From Patescibacteria group bacterium (GTDB lineage Bacteria > Patescibacteriota > Patescibacteriia > UBA9570), in assembly GCA_041660305.1 (NCBI GenBank), contig JBAZWO010000006.1:16432-80431 (forward strand): a stretch of 64,000 nucleotides of DNA, given 5' to 3'. Below, piece after piece: positions 1 through 7,061 of this stretch (the first letter of the stretch is position 1; each line of letters begins with the position of its first letter). The translations under genes and the position numbers were made by a program. The notes under the pieces are model-generated. The model searched no databases. It was not told the origin of the DNA and saw only the letters and a program-made list of their open reading frames with translations.

Positions 1-894
1 TAAATCGTGAGTAATTCTACCTGGGCGAATATCATAACAAATGGTAGCGCCAGGTTCGCGCTCTAATACTAATTGAGCAATTAGGCCGCGAATAATCGCT
101 GGATCAATCATATTGCCTTCGTTGTCAATAAAAAAGATTCTATCACCATCACCATCGGTAGCAATACCTAAATCGGCTTGTTCAGCTACAACACGCTTCA
201 TTAATTCAATATTATTTTTGGCTTTAAATGGATCTGCTTCATGCGCTGGCATGTTACCATCTAACTTGGCATTTAATTCAATAACAGTACATGGTAAATG
301 CTTAAACATAGCGCGTAAATAAGTACTACCCATGGCGTTAGCCGTATCGGTAACAATTTTAAAGGGTTTAATATTTTCTGTGCCAGCCCAAGCTATTTCA
401 AACTGAACATGTTCTTCTATAATACCAGTTTGTGTGCGCACCGATCCGCCGCCTGGAGCTGGCGCAAAATTTTGCGCTAATACCTGATCGCGCATTTCCG
501 CGATACCATTTTCGATACTAACTGGTTTTACGCCAGTGCGCACAAATTTTAAACCGTTGTATTCTTTTGGGTTATGAGAAGCCGTTATCATAACACCGCC
601 GTCGTAATGATACTTAGCCACAGCAAAATAAAACGCTGGTGTGGACACCATACCAATATCAATCACGCTAATGCCTTCATCCATAAAGGCTTGGATGACT
701 TGTTGTTTTAAGCTTGGCGACGATAAACGCATATCAGTACCCACCACTAACTCTAACGATGTAGTTCTAGTAACTTCACGTTTACGGAGTTGAGCAAATG
801 ATCGAGCCGTAGCATAAACAATGTTTTCGGTAAGATCTACACCATATACTCCACGAATATCGTAAGCTTTGTAAATAGAAGGATTTACGGTCAT
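1..894 (-). CDS. manB: phosphomannomutase/phosphoglucomutase (alpha-D-phosphohexomutase family); C-terminal part lies outside the window
   Basis: Own translation of the minus strand from the ATG at 894 gives MTVNPSIYKAYDIRGVYG... It carries the active-site loop TASHNP and the metal loop DGDGDR. There is no stop before position 1, which explains its absence from the ORF track. Confidence 0.9.
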   Translation of the reverse strand, partial: MTVNPSIYKAYDIRGVYGVDLTENIVYATARSFAQLRKREVTRTTSLELVVGTDMRLSSPSLKQQVIQAFMDEGISVIDIGMVSTPAFYFAVAKYHYDGGVMITASHNPKEYNGLKFVRTGVKPVSIENGIAEMRDQVLAQNFAPAPGGGSVRTQTGIIEEHVQFEIAWAGTENIKPFKIVTDTANAMGSTYLRAMFKHLPCTVIELNAKLDGNMPAHEADPFKAKNNIELMKRVVAEQADLGIATDGDGDRIFFIDNEGNMIDPAIIRGLIAQLVLEREPGATICYDIRPGRITHDL

Positions 895-906
895 ATAAAA
901 AGACAA

Positions 907-1002
907 TTAACTAATATTACCAAACCAAAAACACGCTATACTTATACCTAATATTAGACCAAATGATAATAATAACGGAAACGTAGCGCGCAATTTTTTC
1001 AT
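907..1002 (-). CDS. hypothetical 31-aa hydrophobic peptide (MKKLRATFPLLLSFGLILGISIACFWFGNIS)
   Basis: Own translation. It is a short ATG..TAA ORF between the methyltransferase and manB on the same strand, with one predicted TM-like stretch. There is no homology evidence. Confidence 0.2.
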   Translation of the reverse strand: MKKLRATFPLLLSFGLILGISIACFWFGNIS

Positions 1003-1042
1003 TGAGAGTACTATACATAATTTTAAACGCTTTAGCAAGATA

Positions 1043-1170
1043 CTACCTTCCATCCCCAACCCTTCCCTCCTCTAAAGAGGGAAGGGAGAAATTTCTTCTC
1101 CTCCCTTTAGAGGGGAGGCCTCCGGTTCTACGAAGTCGTAGGCTCGGAGAGAGGTTGGAAGGTGGGGTAG
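1043..1170. repeat. GC-rich nested-hairpin element, copy A (CTACC...GGTAG termini)
   Basis: A 128-bp GC-rich island in AT-rich DNA. It has a perfect 10-bp hairpin at 1060-1069/1077-1086 (CCCTTCCCTC/GAGGGAAGGG) and CTACGA-AG-TCGTAG at 1128-1141. Positions 1043-1090 (48 nt) are identical to 60077-60124. Confidence 0.85.
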
Positions 1171-1888
1171 TTTTTTTTGCAACCGTAACAATATTACGCT
1201 TATTCTCTGAATAAGCTTGTTGTTGTATTTGCCAGCCAGTAGCGTTTAATAAATAATTTAATTCTTTTAACGTAAAACCATGATAATAACGCTGGGCTAA
1301 AATTTTTCCAGCGCCATTTTTCCAAGGAATTAACGCATCGCCTGGATCGTATTGATTAACAAAATATTTTTTTAATTTTGGTTGATCCAAATTCCAGTTA
1401 GTCATGAATAATAGGCCAGCTGGTTTGGTTACCCGATGAAATTCTGTTAACGCTTGTAAACGTAATTGTTCAGACGGAATGTGTTGCAAGCTAGCAATGG
1501 CGGCAACAACATTAAAAACACCTTCTGGAAATGGTAGTTTTAACATTGAGCTTACAATGAAATTTAATTCAGGATATCGTTGTTTAGCGTTGGTGATTAA
1601 TTTTTCGGAAATATCTAGGCCGGTGTATTGTACGGGCTTGATTTTATTGATAATTTCCGCTAATCTGCCGTTACCACAACCGACATCTAATATTGTAATT
1701 TTATCAGCCCGCCTCGCCTCGGCGGAGCTTTCGGCGTAGTCGAGGCGGGTATTTTCATAATTTATCAGTGTTTTCAGTGCTTCAAACTCTCTCCAGGCAT
1801 ATTGTCTGGTTCGTGTAAATTCGTCAGCGATGGTATTATAATCCTGAGTGATTTTATCTATTAATTTTTGCGCCAATGCTAATTGCAT
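1043..1888 (-). CDS. class I SAM-dependent methyltransferase, Trm9/ALKBH8-MT-like (putative tRNA cm5U34 methyltransferase); last ~42 aa encoded by repeat element A
   Basis: Motif I is ILDVGCGNGRL. The N-terminus DYNTIADEFTRTRQYAW, plus AIASLQHIP, TNWNLDQ and LIPW..RYYHGFTLKEL, resemble the Trm9 signature as I recall it. The stop codon TAG is the reverse complement of the element's terminal CTA (1043-1045). Confidence 0.75.
   Translation of the reverse strand: MQLALAQKLIDKITQDYNTIADEFTRTRQYAWREFEALKTLINYENTRLDYAESSAEARRADKITILDVGCGNGRLAEIINKIKPVQYTGLDISEKLITNAKQRYPELNFIVSSMLKLPFPEGVFNVVAAIASLQHIPSEQLRLQALTEFHRVTKPAGLLFMTNWNLDQPKLKKYFVNQYDPGDALIPWKNGAGKILAQRYYHGFTLKELNYLLNATGWQIQQQAYSENKRNIVTVAKKTTPPSNLSPSLRLRRTGGLPSKGRRRNFSLPSLEEGRVGDGR
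1708..1749. repeat. GC-rich inverted repeat inside the methyltransferase CDS
   Basis: CCCGCCTCG (1708-1716) pairs perfectly with CGAGGCGGG (1741-1749). The spacer contains a TCGGCG direct repeat. The element is translated in frame as ..YAESSAEARRADK.. just upstream of motif I. Confidence 0.7.
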
Positions 1889-3429
1889 TACAAAGTATAG
1901 TTTACGAAGCCATTAATAAATACATAGATAACATTAATGCTTTGCGAGTTATTAAAGCGACGCATGCTAAGCGTTATCATATTACTATGCCCACTAATGC
2001 TAGCATATTAGCTGAATATCAAACAATGTTACAAGCACAACTAATTAAGCCGAGTTTAGTATTAGAAAAATTATTGCAAATTCGTAGTGTGCGTACTTTA
2101 TCTGGCATTGCACCTATTTGTGTTTTAACTAAACCGTATCCTTGTCCGGGTCGTTGTATCTATTGTCCAAGTGAAGCTAATATGCCAAAAAGTTACATGG
2201 ATACCGAACCGGGTGCTATGCGTGCTTTACAACTACAATTTGATCCGTATTTACAAGTTACTAAACGCATTGAAGCTTTAGAACGTAATGGTCATAGGCC
2301 GGAAAAATGTGAGTTAATTATACTTGGTGGCACTTGGTCGGCCTACCAACCTGATTATCAGGAATGGTTCATGAGACGCTGTTATGAAGGGTTTAATGGA
2401 GACGTTTCTACTACACTTGATGAAGCGAAACGGTTCAACGAAACCGCTAAATACCGAGTCATTGGTTGTACCATAGAAACCAGGCCAGATCATATTACTG
2501 AAGCTGAAGTAAAACGTTTACGTTGGTTAGGTGCTACACGTGTACAAATGGGAGTGCAAACAGTAAATATAGATGTTTTACAGGCGGCTAGACGTGAGCA
2601 AACTAATGAACAAGTAAAATATGCTACACAACTTTTAAAAGAAGCGGGTATTAAAATTACTTATCACATGATGCAGAATTTACCAGGCGCTACTCCAACA
2701 ACAGATTTACAAGATATAAAAACTATTTTTACTGATTCTAGTTATCAGCCTGATCACTTAAAAATTTATCCTTGTGTAGTGGTAAAGTCAGCACCACTTT
2801 ACCAGGTTTGGCAAAAAGAGGAATATCAGCCTTACGATTTAGATACACTCACTAATTTGTTAATTGCTATTAAAACGCAAGTGCCGCGTTATGTGCGCAT
2901 TGAGCGTTTGGTACGTGATATTCCCGCTAATTCTATTGCGGCCGGTAATGTAGTAACTAATTTACGGCAAATCATGCAGTTAAGAAAAGTGCAATGTAAA
3001 TGTATTCGTTGCCGAGAGCCTCGGGGTGATAATACCGGTATTAATGAAGCACAATTATTTATCGAGCAATACACAGCCAGCGCTGGCCAGGAATATTTTA
3101 TTAGTTATGAAAATCCAGAGCGCACTAAACTATTTGGCTTTATGCGTTTGCGTTTACAAAATATTAAACAACACTGGTATGGAGTGTTGCAGGATACAGC
3201 TATTATTCGTGAACTGCATATCTATGGTCGATTAGTGCCGATAGCCGATAACAGCAATGTGATACAGCATAAAGGTTTTGGTAAAAAATTAATGCTCGAA
3301 GCCGAGCGTATTGCTCAAGAACAAAATTTCCAAAAAATAGCTGTTATTGCCGGCGTCGGCGTGCGGGAATATTATGAAAAGTTAGGGTATAGGTTGGACG
3401 AGGAGTATATGATAAAAAATCTTCATTGA
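1876..3429 (+). CDS. elp3: Elp3-family radical SAM / GNAT acetyltransferase (tRNA U34 carboxymethylation enzyme homologue)
   Basis: Radical-SAM cluster motif CPGRCIYCP, a long Elp3-like core and a C-terminal GNAT-like segment (HKGFGKKLMLEAERIA). The start codon overlaps the divergent methyltransferase start by 13 nt. An internal TTG at 1942 is an alternative start. Confidence 0.85.
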   Translation: MLIALQSIVYEAINKYIDNINALRVIKATHAKRYHITMPTNASILAEYQTMLQAQLIKPSLVLEKLLQIRSVRTLSGIAPICVLTKPYPCPGRCIYCPSEANMPKSYMDTEPGAMRALQLQFDPYLQVTKRIEALERNGHRPEKCELIILGGTWSAYQPDYQEWFMRRCYEGFNGDVSTTLDEAKRFNETAKYRVIGCTIETRPDHITEAEVKRLRWLGATRVQMGVQTVNIDVLQAARREQTNEQVKYATQLLKEAGIKITYHMMQNLPGATPTTDLQDIKTIFTDSSYQPDHLKIYPCVVVKSAPLYQVWQKEEYQPYDLDTLTNLLIAIKTQVPRYVRIERLVRDIPANSIAAGNVVTNLRQIMQLRKVQCKCIRCREPRGDNTGINEAQLFIEQYTASAGQEYFISYENPERTKLFGFMRLRLQNIKQHWYGVLQDTAIIRELHIYGRLVPIADNSNVIQHKGFGKKLMLEAERIAQEQNFQKIAVIAGVGVREYYEKLGYRLDEEYMIKNLH

Positions 3430-3463
3430 CCAAAGCAATAAATTTTGCTAGATTTAAATTATT

Positions 3464-3497
3464 GAGCGCTCTTCTGTTACACCTGAGGCGCTTTTTT
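3464..3497 (+). terminator. candidate intrinsic terminator after elp3
   Basis: AGCGC (3465-3469) pairs with GCGCT (3488-3492), with 2-3 further pairs after a bulge, and is followed by a T6 run (3492-3497). Confidence 0.45.
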
Positions 3498-3533
3498 ATT
3501 TAAATTAATAATTAAGAATTAATAAAATATATT

Positions 3534-4352
3534 ATGAAAAAAATCACTCCACAAGGATTGCAAGTATATACGTTTAAGCGGAATGACAACGATTATATTT
3601 CTTTAACTGACATAGCTCGTTATAAAAACACTGACGAACCAAAAGATATAGTCAAAAATTGGATGCGAACTAGAAGTACTATTGAATTTCTTGGGATTTG
3701 GGAGCAGTTAAATAATCCAAGATTCAAAGGGGTCGAATTCGATGCCTTTAAAAATTCAGCTGGTAGTAATTCTTTTGTATTATCGCCTCAAAAATGGATA
3801 GAACATACCAATGCTATTGGAGTGGTATCAAAATCTGGGAATGGCGGTGGTACATTTGCTCATAAGGATATAGCCTTTGAATTTGCTTCATGGATTAGCC
3901 CAGAATTCAAACTTTATCTCATTAAAGAATTTCAGCGCTTAAAAGACGAAGAAAATGAGCGTTTGCAAATAGGCTGGAGTACAAAACGTATGCTTACTAA
4001 AATAAATTATCATATACATACAGATGCTATTCAACGGCACTTAATTCCTAATCGCTTAGCACAAAACGAAATTAATATTATCTATGCGAACGAAGCCGAT
4101 GTATTAAATAAAGCCTTGTTTGGAAAAACAGCTAAAGAATGGCGAGCTAAAAATCCAAAAAAAGCTGGTAATATCCGCGATTATGCCGATGTTGTACAAC
4201 TGGTTTGTTTAGCGAATTTAGAAAGTTTGAACGCTGAATTTATTCGCCAAAACATCAAACAATCAGATCGCTTAATAAAATTAAACGAAATAGCCATTAT
4301 CCAAATGCGAGCGTTGTTAGCTAATAATACACTTAAACGCTTGGGGCGCTAG
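3534..4352 (+). CDS. KilA-N domain-containing DNA-binding protein (phage/mobile-element associated family)
   Basis: The N-terminal YISLTDIARYKN...FAHKDIAFEFASWISPEFKLYLIKEF pattern is typical of KilA-N proteins. Confidence 0.8.
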   Translation: MKKITPQGLQVYTFKRNDNDYISLTDIARYKNTDEPKDIVKNWMRTRSTIEFLGIWEQLNNPRFKGVEFDAFKNSAGSNSFVLSPQKWIEHTNAIGVVSKSGNGGGTFAHKDIAFEFASWISPEFKLYLIKEFQRLKDEENERLQIGWSTKRMLTKINYHIHTDAIQRHLIPNRLAQNEINIIYANEADVLNKALFGKTAKEWRAKNPKKAGNIRDYADVVQLVCLANLESLNAEFIRQNIKQSDRLIKLNEIAIIQMRALLANNTLKRLGR

Positions 4353-4362
4353 GTTTTTAAAA

Positions 4363-4415
4363 GATTGTAAACTGATTGTCAACTAAAAATCTCTATTGTC
4401 AAGTAATTGTAAACT
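4363..4415. promoter_or_regulatory. four 11-bp ATTGTMAAST repeats in two abutting pairs (candidate operator/iteron-like sites)
   Basis: The units are gATTGTAAACT (4363-4373), gATTGTCAACT (4374-4384), tATTGTCAAGT (4394-4404) and aATTGTAAACT (4405-4415). A fifth, related tATTGACAAAA lies at 4433-4443. Confidence 0.45.
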
Positions 4416-4442
4416 AAAATTCATTAATTAAGTATTGACAAA

Positions 4443-4456
4443 ATCAACTAGTTGAT
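4443..4456. promoter_or_regulatory. perfect 14-bp palindrome ATCAACTAGTTGAT abutting the antitoxin start codon (candidate TA operator)
   Basis: The palindrome is read directly from the sequence. It sits between a TTGACA hexamer (4435-4440) and the ATG at 4457. Confidence 0.45.
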
Positions 4457-4720
4457 ATGGATCAATTAATTACAACTAATAATACTATAGGCGCATTTGC
4501 GGCTAAAACGCATTTATCTGCCATTTTGGAAAAAGTGCAGGCCGGGCAGGTGTTTACAATTACTAAAAACGGTAAGGCCGTGGCCGAAATTAAATCGGTG
4601 CAGTCAAATTCAGCCAAAGCTCACACAGCGTTAGCGATGGCTCGTAAAATACGAGAATCGGTGGTTGGCACAGTTACTCGGGAGGAAATTAAAGAGATGA
4701 TTAATTATGGTAGGCCATAA
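4457..4720 (+). CDS. type II antitoxin, Phd/YefM family
   Basis: An 87-aa protein whose N-terminal pattern FAAKTHLSAILEKVQAGQVFTITKNGKAVAEI fits Phd/YefM. It lies immediately upstream of a PIN-domain ORF. Confidence 0.8.
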   Translation: MDQLITTNNTIGAFAAKTHLSAILEKVQAGQVFTITKNGKAVAEIKSVQSNSAKAHTALAMARKIRESVVGTVTREEIKEMINYGRP

Positions 4721-4723
4721 ATT

Positions 4724-5173
4724 ATGAAAAACATGATTGAGCGCTGGGTAGTGGATTCGTCTTTTACTGCGCCGTTATTTTTATCAGATGAACAATCAAA
4801 TTCTATAGATGGTTTTTTTAATACGGCTTTTCAAGAAACAATGCAAATTTTTGTGCCGGCGTTATGGTGATTTGAAATAAATAGCATTCTACAGTTATCA
4901 GTAAAACGACATCGTTTAACTCATCAACAGGTGGTTACCGCTATTGAAGTGTGTAAATATTTTAGTTTTTTTCAAATTGAGCCAGTAGTGTTCAATCAAG
5001 ATATTTTTGCTTTGGCGCAAACTCATAATTTAACCGCTTATGACGCCTCGTACTTAGATTTAGCCATTCGTAAACAAGCCGGTTTAGCTAGCTTAGATAA
5101 ACAGCTAAATGATGTGGCTAAAACATTAGGTATTGACATTATACATACAAAGTATATACTTAATACTAACTAA
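4724..5173 (+). pseudogene. vapC: VapC-type PIN-domain toxin interrupted by one in-frame TGA (4868-4870)
   Basis: Own translation from the ATG at 4724 gives MKNMIERWVVDSSFTAPLF...VPALW*FEINS..., which continues in the same frame into track ORF 4931-5173. The PIN acidic residues are present (VVDSS, FEINS, AYDASYLDLA, SLDKQL). The stop falls where PIN toxins commonly have Trp (LWWxE). Confidence 0.8.
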
Positions 5174-5192
5174 GTATTAATAAAGTATTTGT

Positions 5193-5504
5193 ATGGCCAC
5201 AACTACTATGAGTATTAAAATAGACGCACAAGTTAAACAATCTGCTCAACAAATCGCTGCGGATCTAGGCTTAAGTTTAAGCGGTGTGGTGAATGGTTTT
5301 TTAAAACAATTTGTGCGTACCAAAGCAGTGCATTTTAGCTTAGAAGAAAAAGAAATTCCGTCACCATATTTAATTAAAGCTTTAAGGGAGTCACAGGAAG
5401 ATATTGCCGCTGGCAGAGTATCGCCCGCTTTTGATAATGCTGAAGACGCTATTAAATGGTTACACACTCCTGAATCTGAGCAGAAATATGCAAATCAACT
5501 TTAG
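5193..5504 (+). CDS. type II antitoxin, RelB/DinJ family
   Basis: The N-terminal ribbon-helix-helix-like segment SIKIDAQVKQSAQQIAADLGLSLSGVVNGFLKQFV fits this family. It is followed by an overlapping toxin ORF. Confidence 0.8.
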   Translation: MATTTMSIKIDAQVKQSAQQIAADLGLSLSGVVNGFLKQFVRTKAVHFSLEEKEIPSPYLIKALRESQEDIAAGRVSPAFDNAEDAIKWLHTPESEQKYANQL

Positions 5505-5709
5505 TAAACGATTTAATAAACAATATAAAAAAGCAGCTTTAAATATTCAGAGAGCTTTTAACAATCGTTTACAAATTTTTATAGATAACAAATTTCATTC
5601 TAGTTTACATAATCATGCCTTAACAGGACAATTTGAAGGTTTTCGGAGTATTAATGTTACTGGAGATTGGCGAGCATTATTTCATGAGAATGAAGATGAT
5701 TCAATATAG
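5488..5709 (+). CDS. type II toxin, RelE/YafQ-family mRNA interferase
   Basis: The internal ATG at 5488 of track ORF 5404-5709 gives MQINFSKRFNKQYKK...LHNHALTGQFEGFRSINVTGDWRALF. It overlaps the antitoxin 3' end by 17 nt. Confidence 0.75.
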   Translation: MQINFSKRFNKQYKKAALNIQRAFNNRLQIFIDNKFHSSLHNHALTGQFEGFRSINVTGDWRALFHENEDDSI

Positions 5710-5748
5710 ATAGTATACTTCGTTATTTTTAATATCACATAAAATCGG

Positions 5749-5776
5749 TTGCCTGGATATTTATCTATGCTACAAT
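5749..5776 (+). promoter_or_regulatory. candidate sigma70-type promoter for glyA-ychF
   Basis: TTGCCT (5749-5754), a 16-nt spacer, then TACAAT (5771-5776), 36 nt upstream of the glyA ATG. Confidence 0.4.
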
Positions 5777-5811
5777 ATTTGTAATTAAATAATCATTAAC
5801 TTATTAATCCC

Positions 5812-7056
5812 ATGCTCGAACATCTTAGACAACAAGATCCGGAATTGGCCGGTTATATCCAAGAAGAGCTTAAGCGTCAGAGAGAGAATATCGAACTAAT
5901 TCCCTCTGAAAATTTTGTTTCTGTGCCAGTGCTAGAAGCTTTAGGCAGTATTTGTACCAATAAATATTCCGAAGGATATCCGGGCAAGCGCTATTACGGC
6001 GGCAATGAGTGGATTGATAAAATCGAGCAATTGGCCATTGACCGAGCTAAACAAATTTTTGGCGCGGAGCATGTTAATGTTCAGCCGTTATCTGGGGCGC
6101 CGGCTAATTTAGCGGCTTATTCAGCTTTGTTAAAACCAGGCGATACGGTTTTAGGCATGGATTTATCGCATGGTGGCCATTTAACCCATGGGCATCCGGT
6201 TACATTATCAGCTAAGATTTACAACTTTGTGCGTTATAAAACGGCGCCAGATGGCACAATTGATTATGATAATTTACGAGCCATGGCTTTGGAGCATAAG
6301 CCCAAACTTATTTTAGCCGGTTATTCAGCTTATTCGCGTGATTTGGATTATAAAAAGTTTCAAGCGATTGCCGATGAAGTGGGCGCTATAACTATGGCTG
6401 ACGTAGCGCATGTGGCTGGCTTAATTGCTGGAGGTGAATTTAATAATCCAGTGCCGATATTTGACGTAGTGACTACCACTACGCATAAAACTTTACGCGG
6501 ACCCAGAGGCGGCATGATTATGTGTAAAGAAAAATATGCTCAAGCTATTAACAAGGCAGTGTTTCCAGGTTTACAAGGTGGTCCGCACGATCATCAAATA
6601 GCGGCTTTAGCAGTGGCTTTGGGTGAAGCACTCAAGCCGGAATTTAAAGATTATGCCAGACAAGTAAAAAAGAATGCTAAAGTATTGTGTAATAAATTGC
6701 AAGCGGCTGGTATGAAAATTATGTTTGGTACTACTGAAAATCATTTAGTGTTGGCTGATGTTACACCATTGGGTATAGCTGGAAAAATCGCTCAAACAGT
6801 TTTAGATGAAGTGAAAATTACTTTAAACATGAATATGATTCCAGATGATTCGCGTAAACCAACTGATCCATCTGGTATTCGGTTAGGTTCGGCTCCTACC
6901 ACTACTCGTGGCATGAAAGAACCGGAAATGGAAGTAATTGCTGATTTAATTGTGAAAACCTTAAAAAATCACGACAATGCGGCAGTGAAGGCTGAAATAA
7001 AGCAACAGGTACTAGCTTTAACCGCTAAATTTCCGTTGTATCCGGAGTTAGGCTAA
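5812..7056 (+). CDS. glyA: serine hydroxymethyltransferase
   Basis: Full-length match to the SHMT pattern, including the PLP site TTTTHKTLRGPRGG and SENFVS..EGYPGKRYYGG. Confidence 0.97.
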   Translation: MLEHLRQQDPELAGYIQEELKRQRENIELIPSENFVSVPVLEALGSICTNKYSEGYPGKRYYGGNEWIDKIEQLAIDRAKQIFGAEHVNVQPLSGAPANLAAYSALLKPGDTVLGMDLSHGGHLTHGHPVTLSAKIYNFVRYKTAPDGTIDYDNLRAMALEHKPKLILAGYSAYSRDLDYKKFQAIADEVGAITMADVAHVAGLIAGGEFNNPVPIFDVVTTTTHKTLRGPRGGMIMCKEKYAQAINKAVFPGLQGGPHDHQIAALAVALGEALKPEFKDYARQVKKNAKVLCNKLQAAGMKIMFGTTENHLVLADVTPLGIAGKIAQTVLDEVKITLNMNMIPDDSRKPTDPSGIRLGSAPTTTRGMKEPEMEVIADLIVKTLKNHDNAAVKAEIKQQVLALTAKFPLYPELG

Positions 7057-7061
7057 ATTTC

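Noticed and set aside
113-322. The plus-strand 69-aa track ORF at the left edge, and similar short antisense ORFs (for example 1479-1739, 2889-3074, 7154-7360, 7400-7669, 8592-8831, 10033-10257, 54179-54445, 59434-59646 and 60626-60829).
   Set aside because: All lie inside, and antisense or out of frame to, strongly supported genes (manB, the methyltransferase, elp3, ychF and others). None has recognisable motifs.
970-995. ACGTAGCGCGC at about 981-991 shares 11 nt with the centre of palindrome copy 3 (63003-63013), raising the possibility of a half-copy of that family.
   Set aside because: Only one arm-less half is present, there is no GTAGAGACG/CGTCTCTAC arm, and the match is short enough to be chance.
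1002-1214. The plus-strand 70-aa track ORF, and likewise 11706-12053 (plus strand, 115 aa).
   Set aside because: Both are antisense read-throughs of the GC-rich repeat elements and of well-supported minus-strand genes. Their Pro/Arg/Gly/Ser-rich translations simply reflect the repeats.
4868-4870. The in-frame TGA in vapC as evidence for a genome-wide alternative genetic code (TGA = Trp or Gly, codes 4/25).
   Set aside because: TGA clearly terminates well-conserved genes in the same window: elp3 at 3427-3429, the nucleotidyltransferase at 44896-44898, the GT4 at 54906-54908, the GT2-GT4 at 57778-57780 and aroA-aroK at 61691-61693. No other conserved protein here needs TGA read-through. A point nonsense mutation or local leakiness is more parsimonious.
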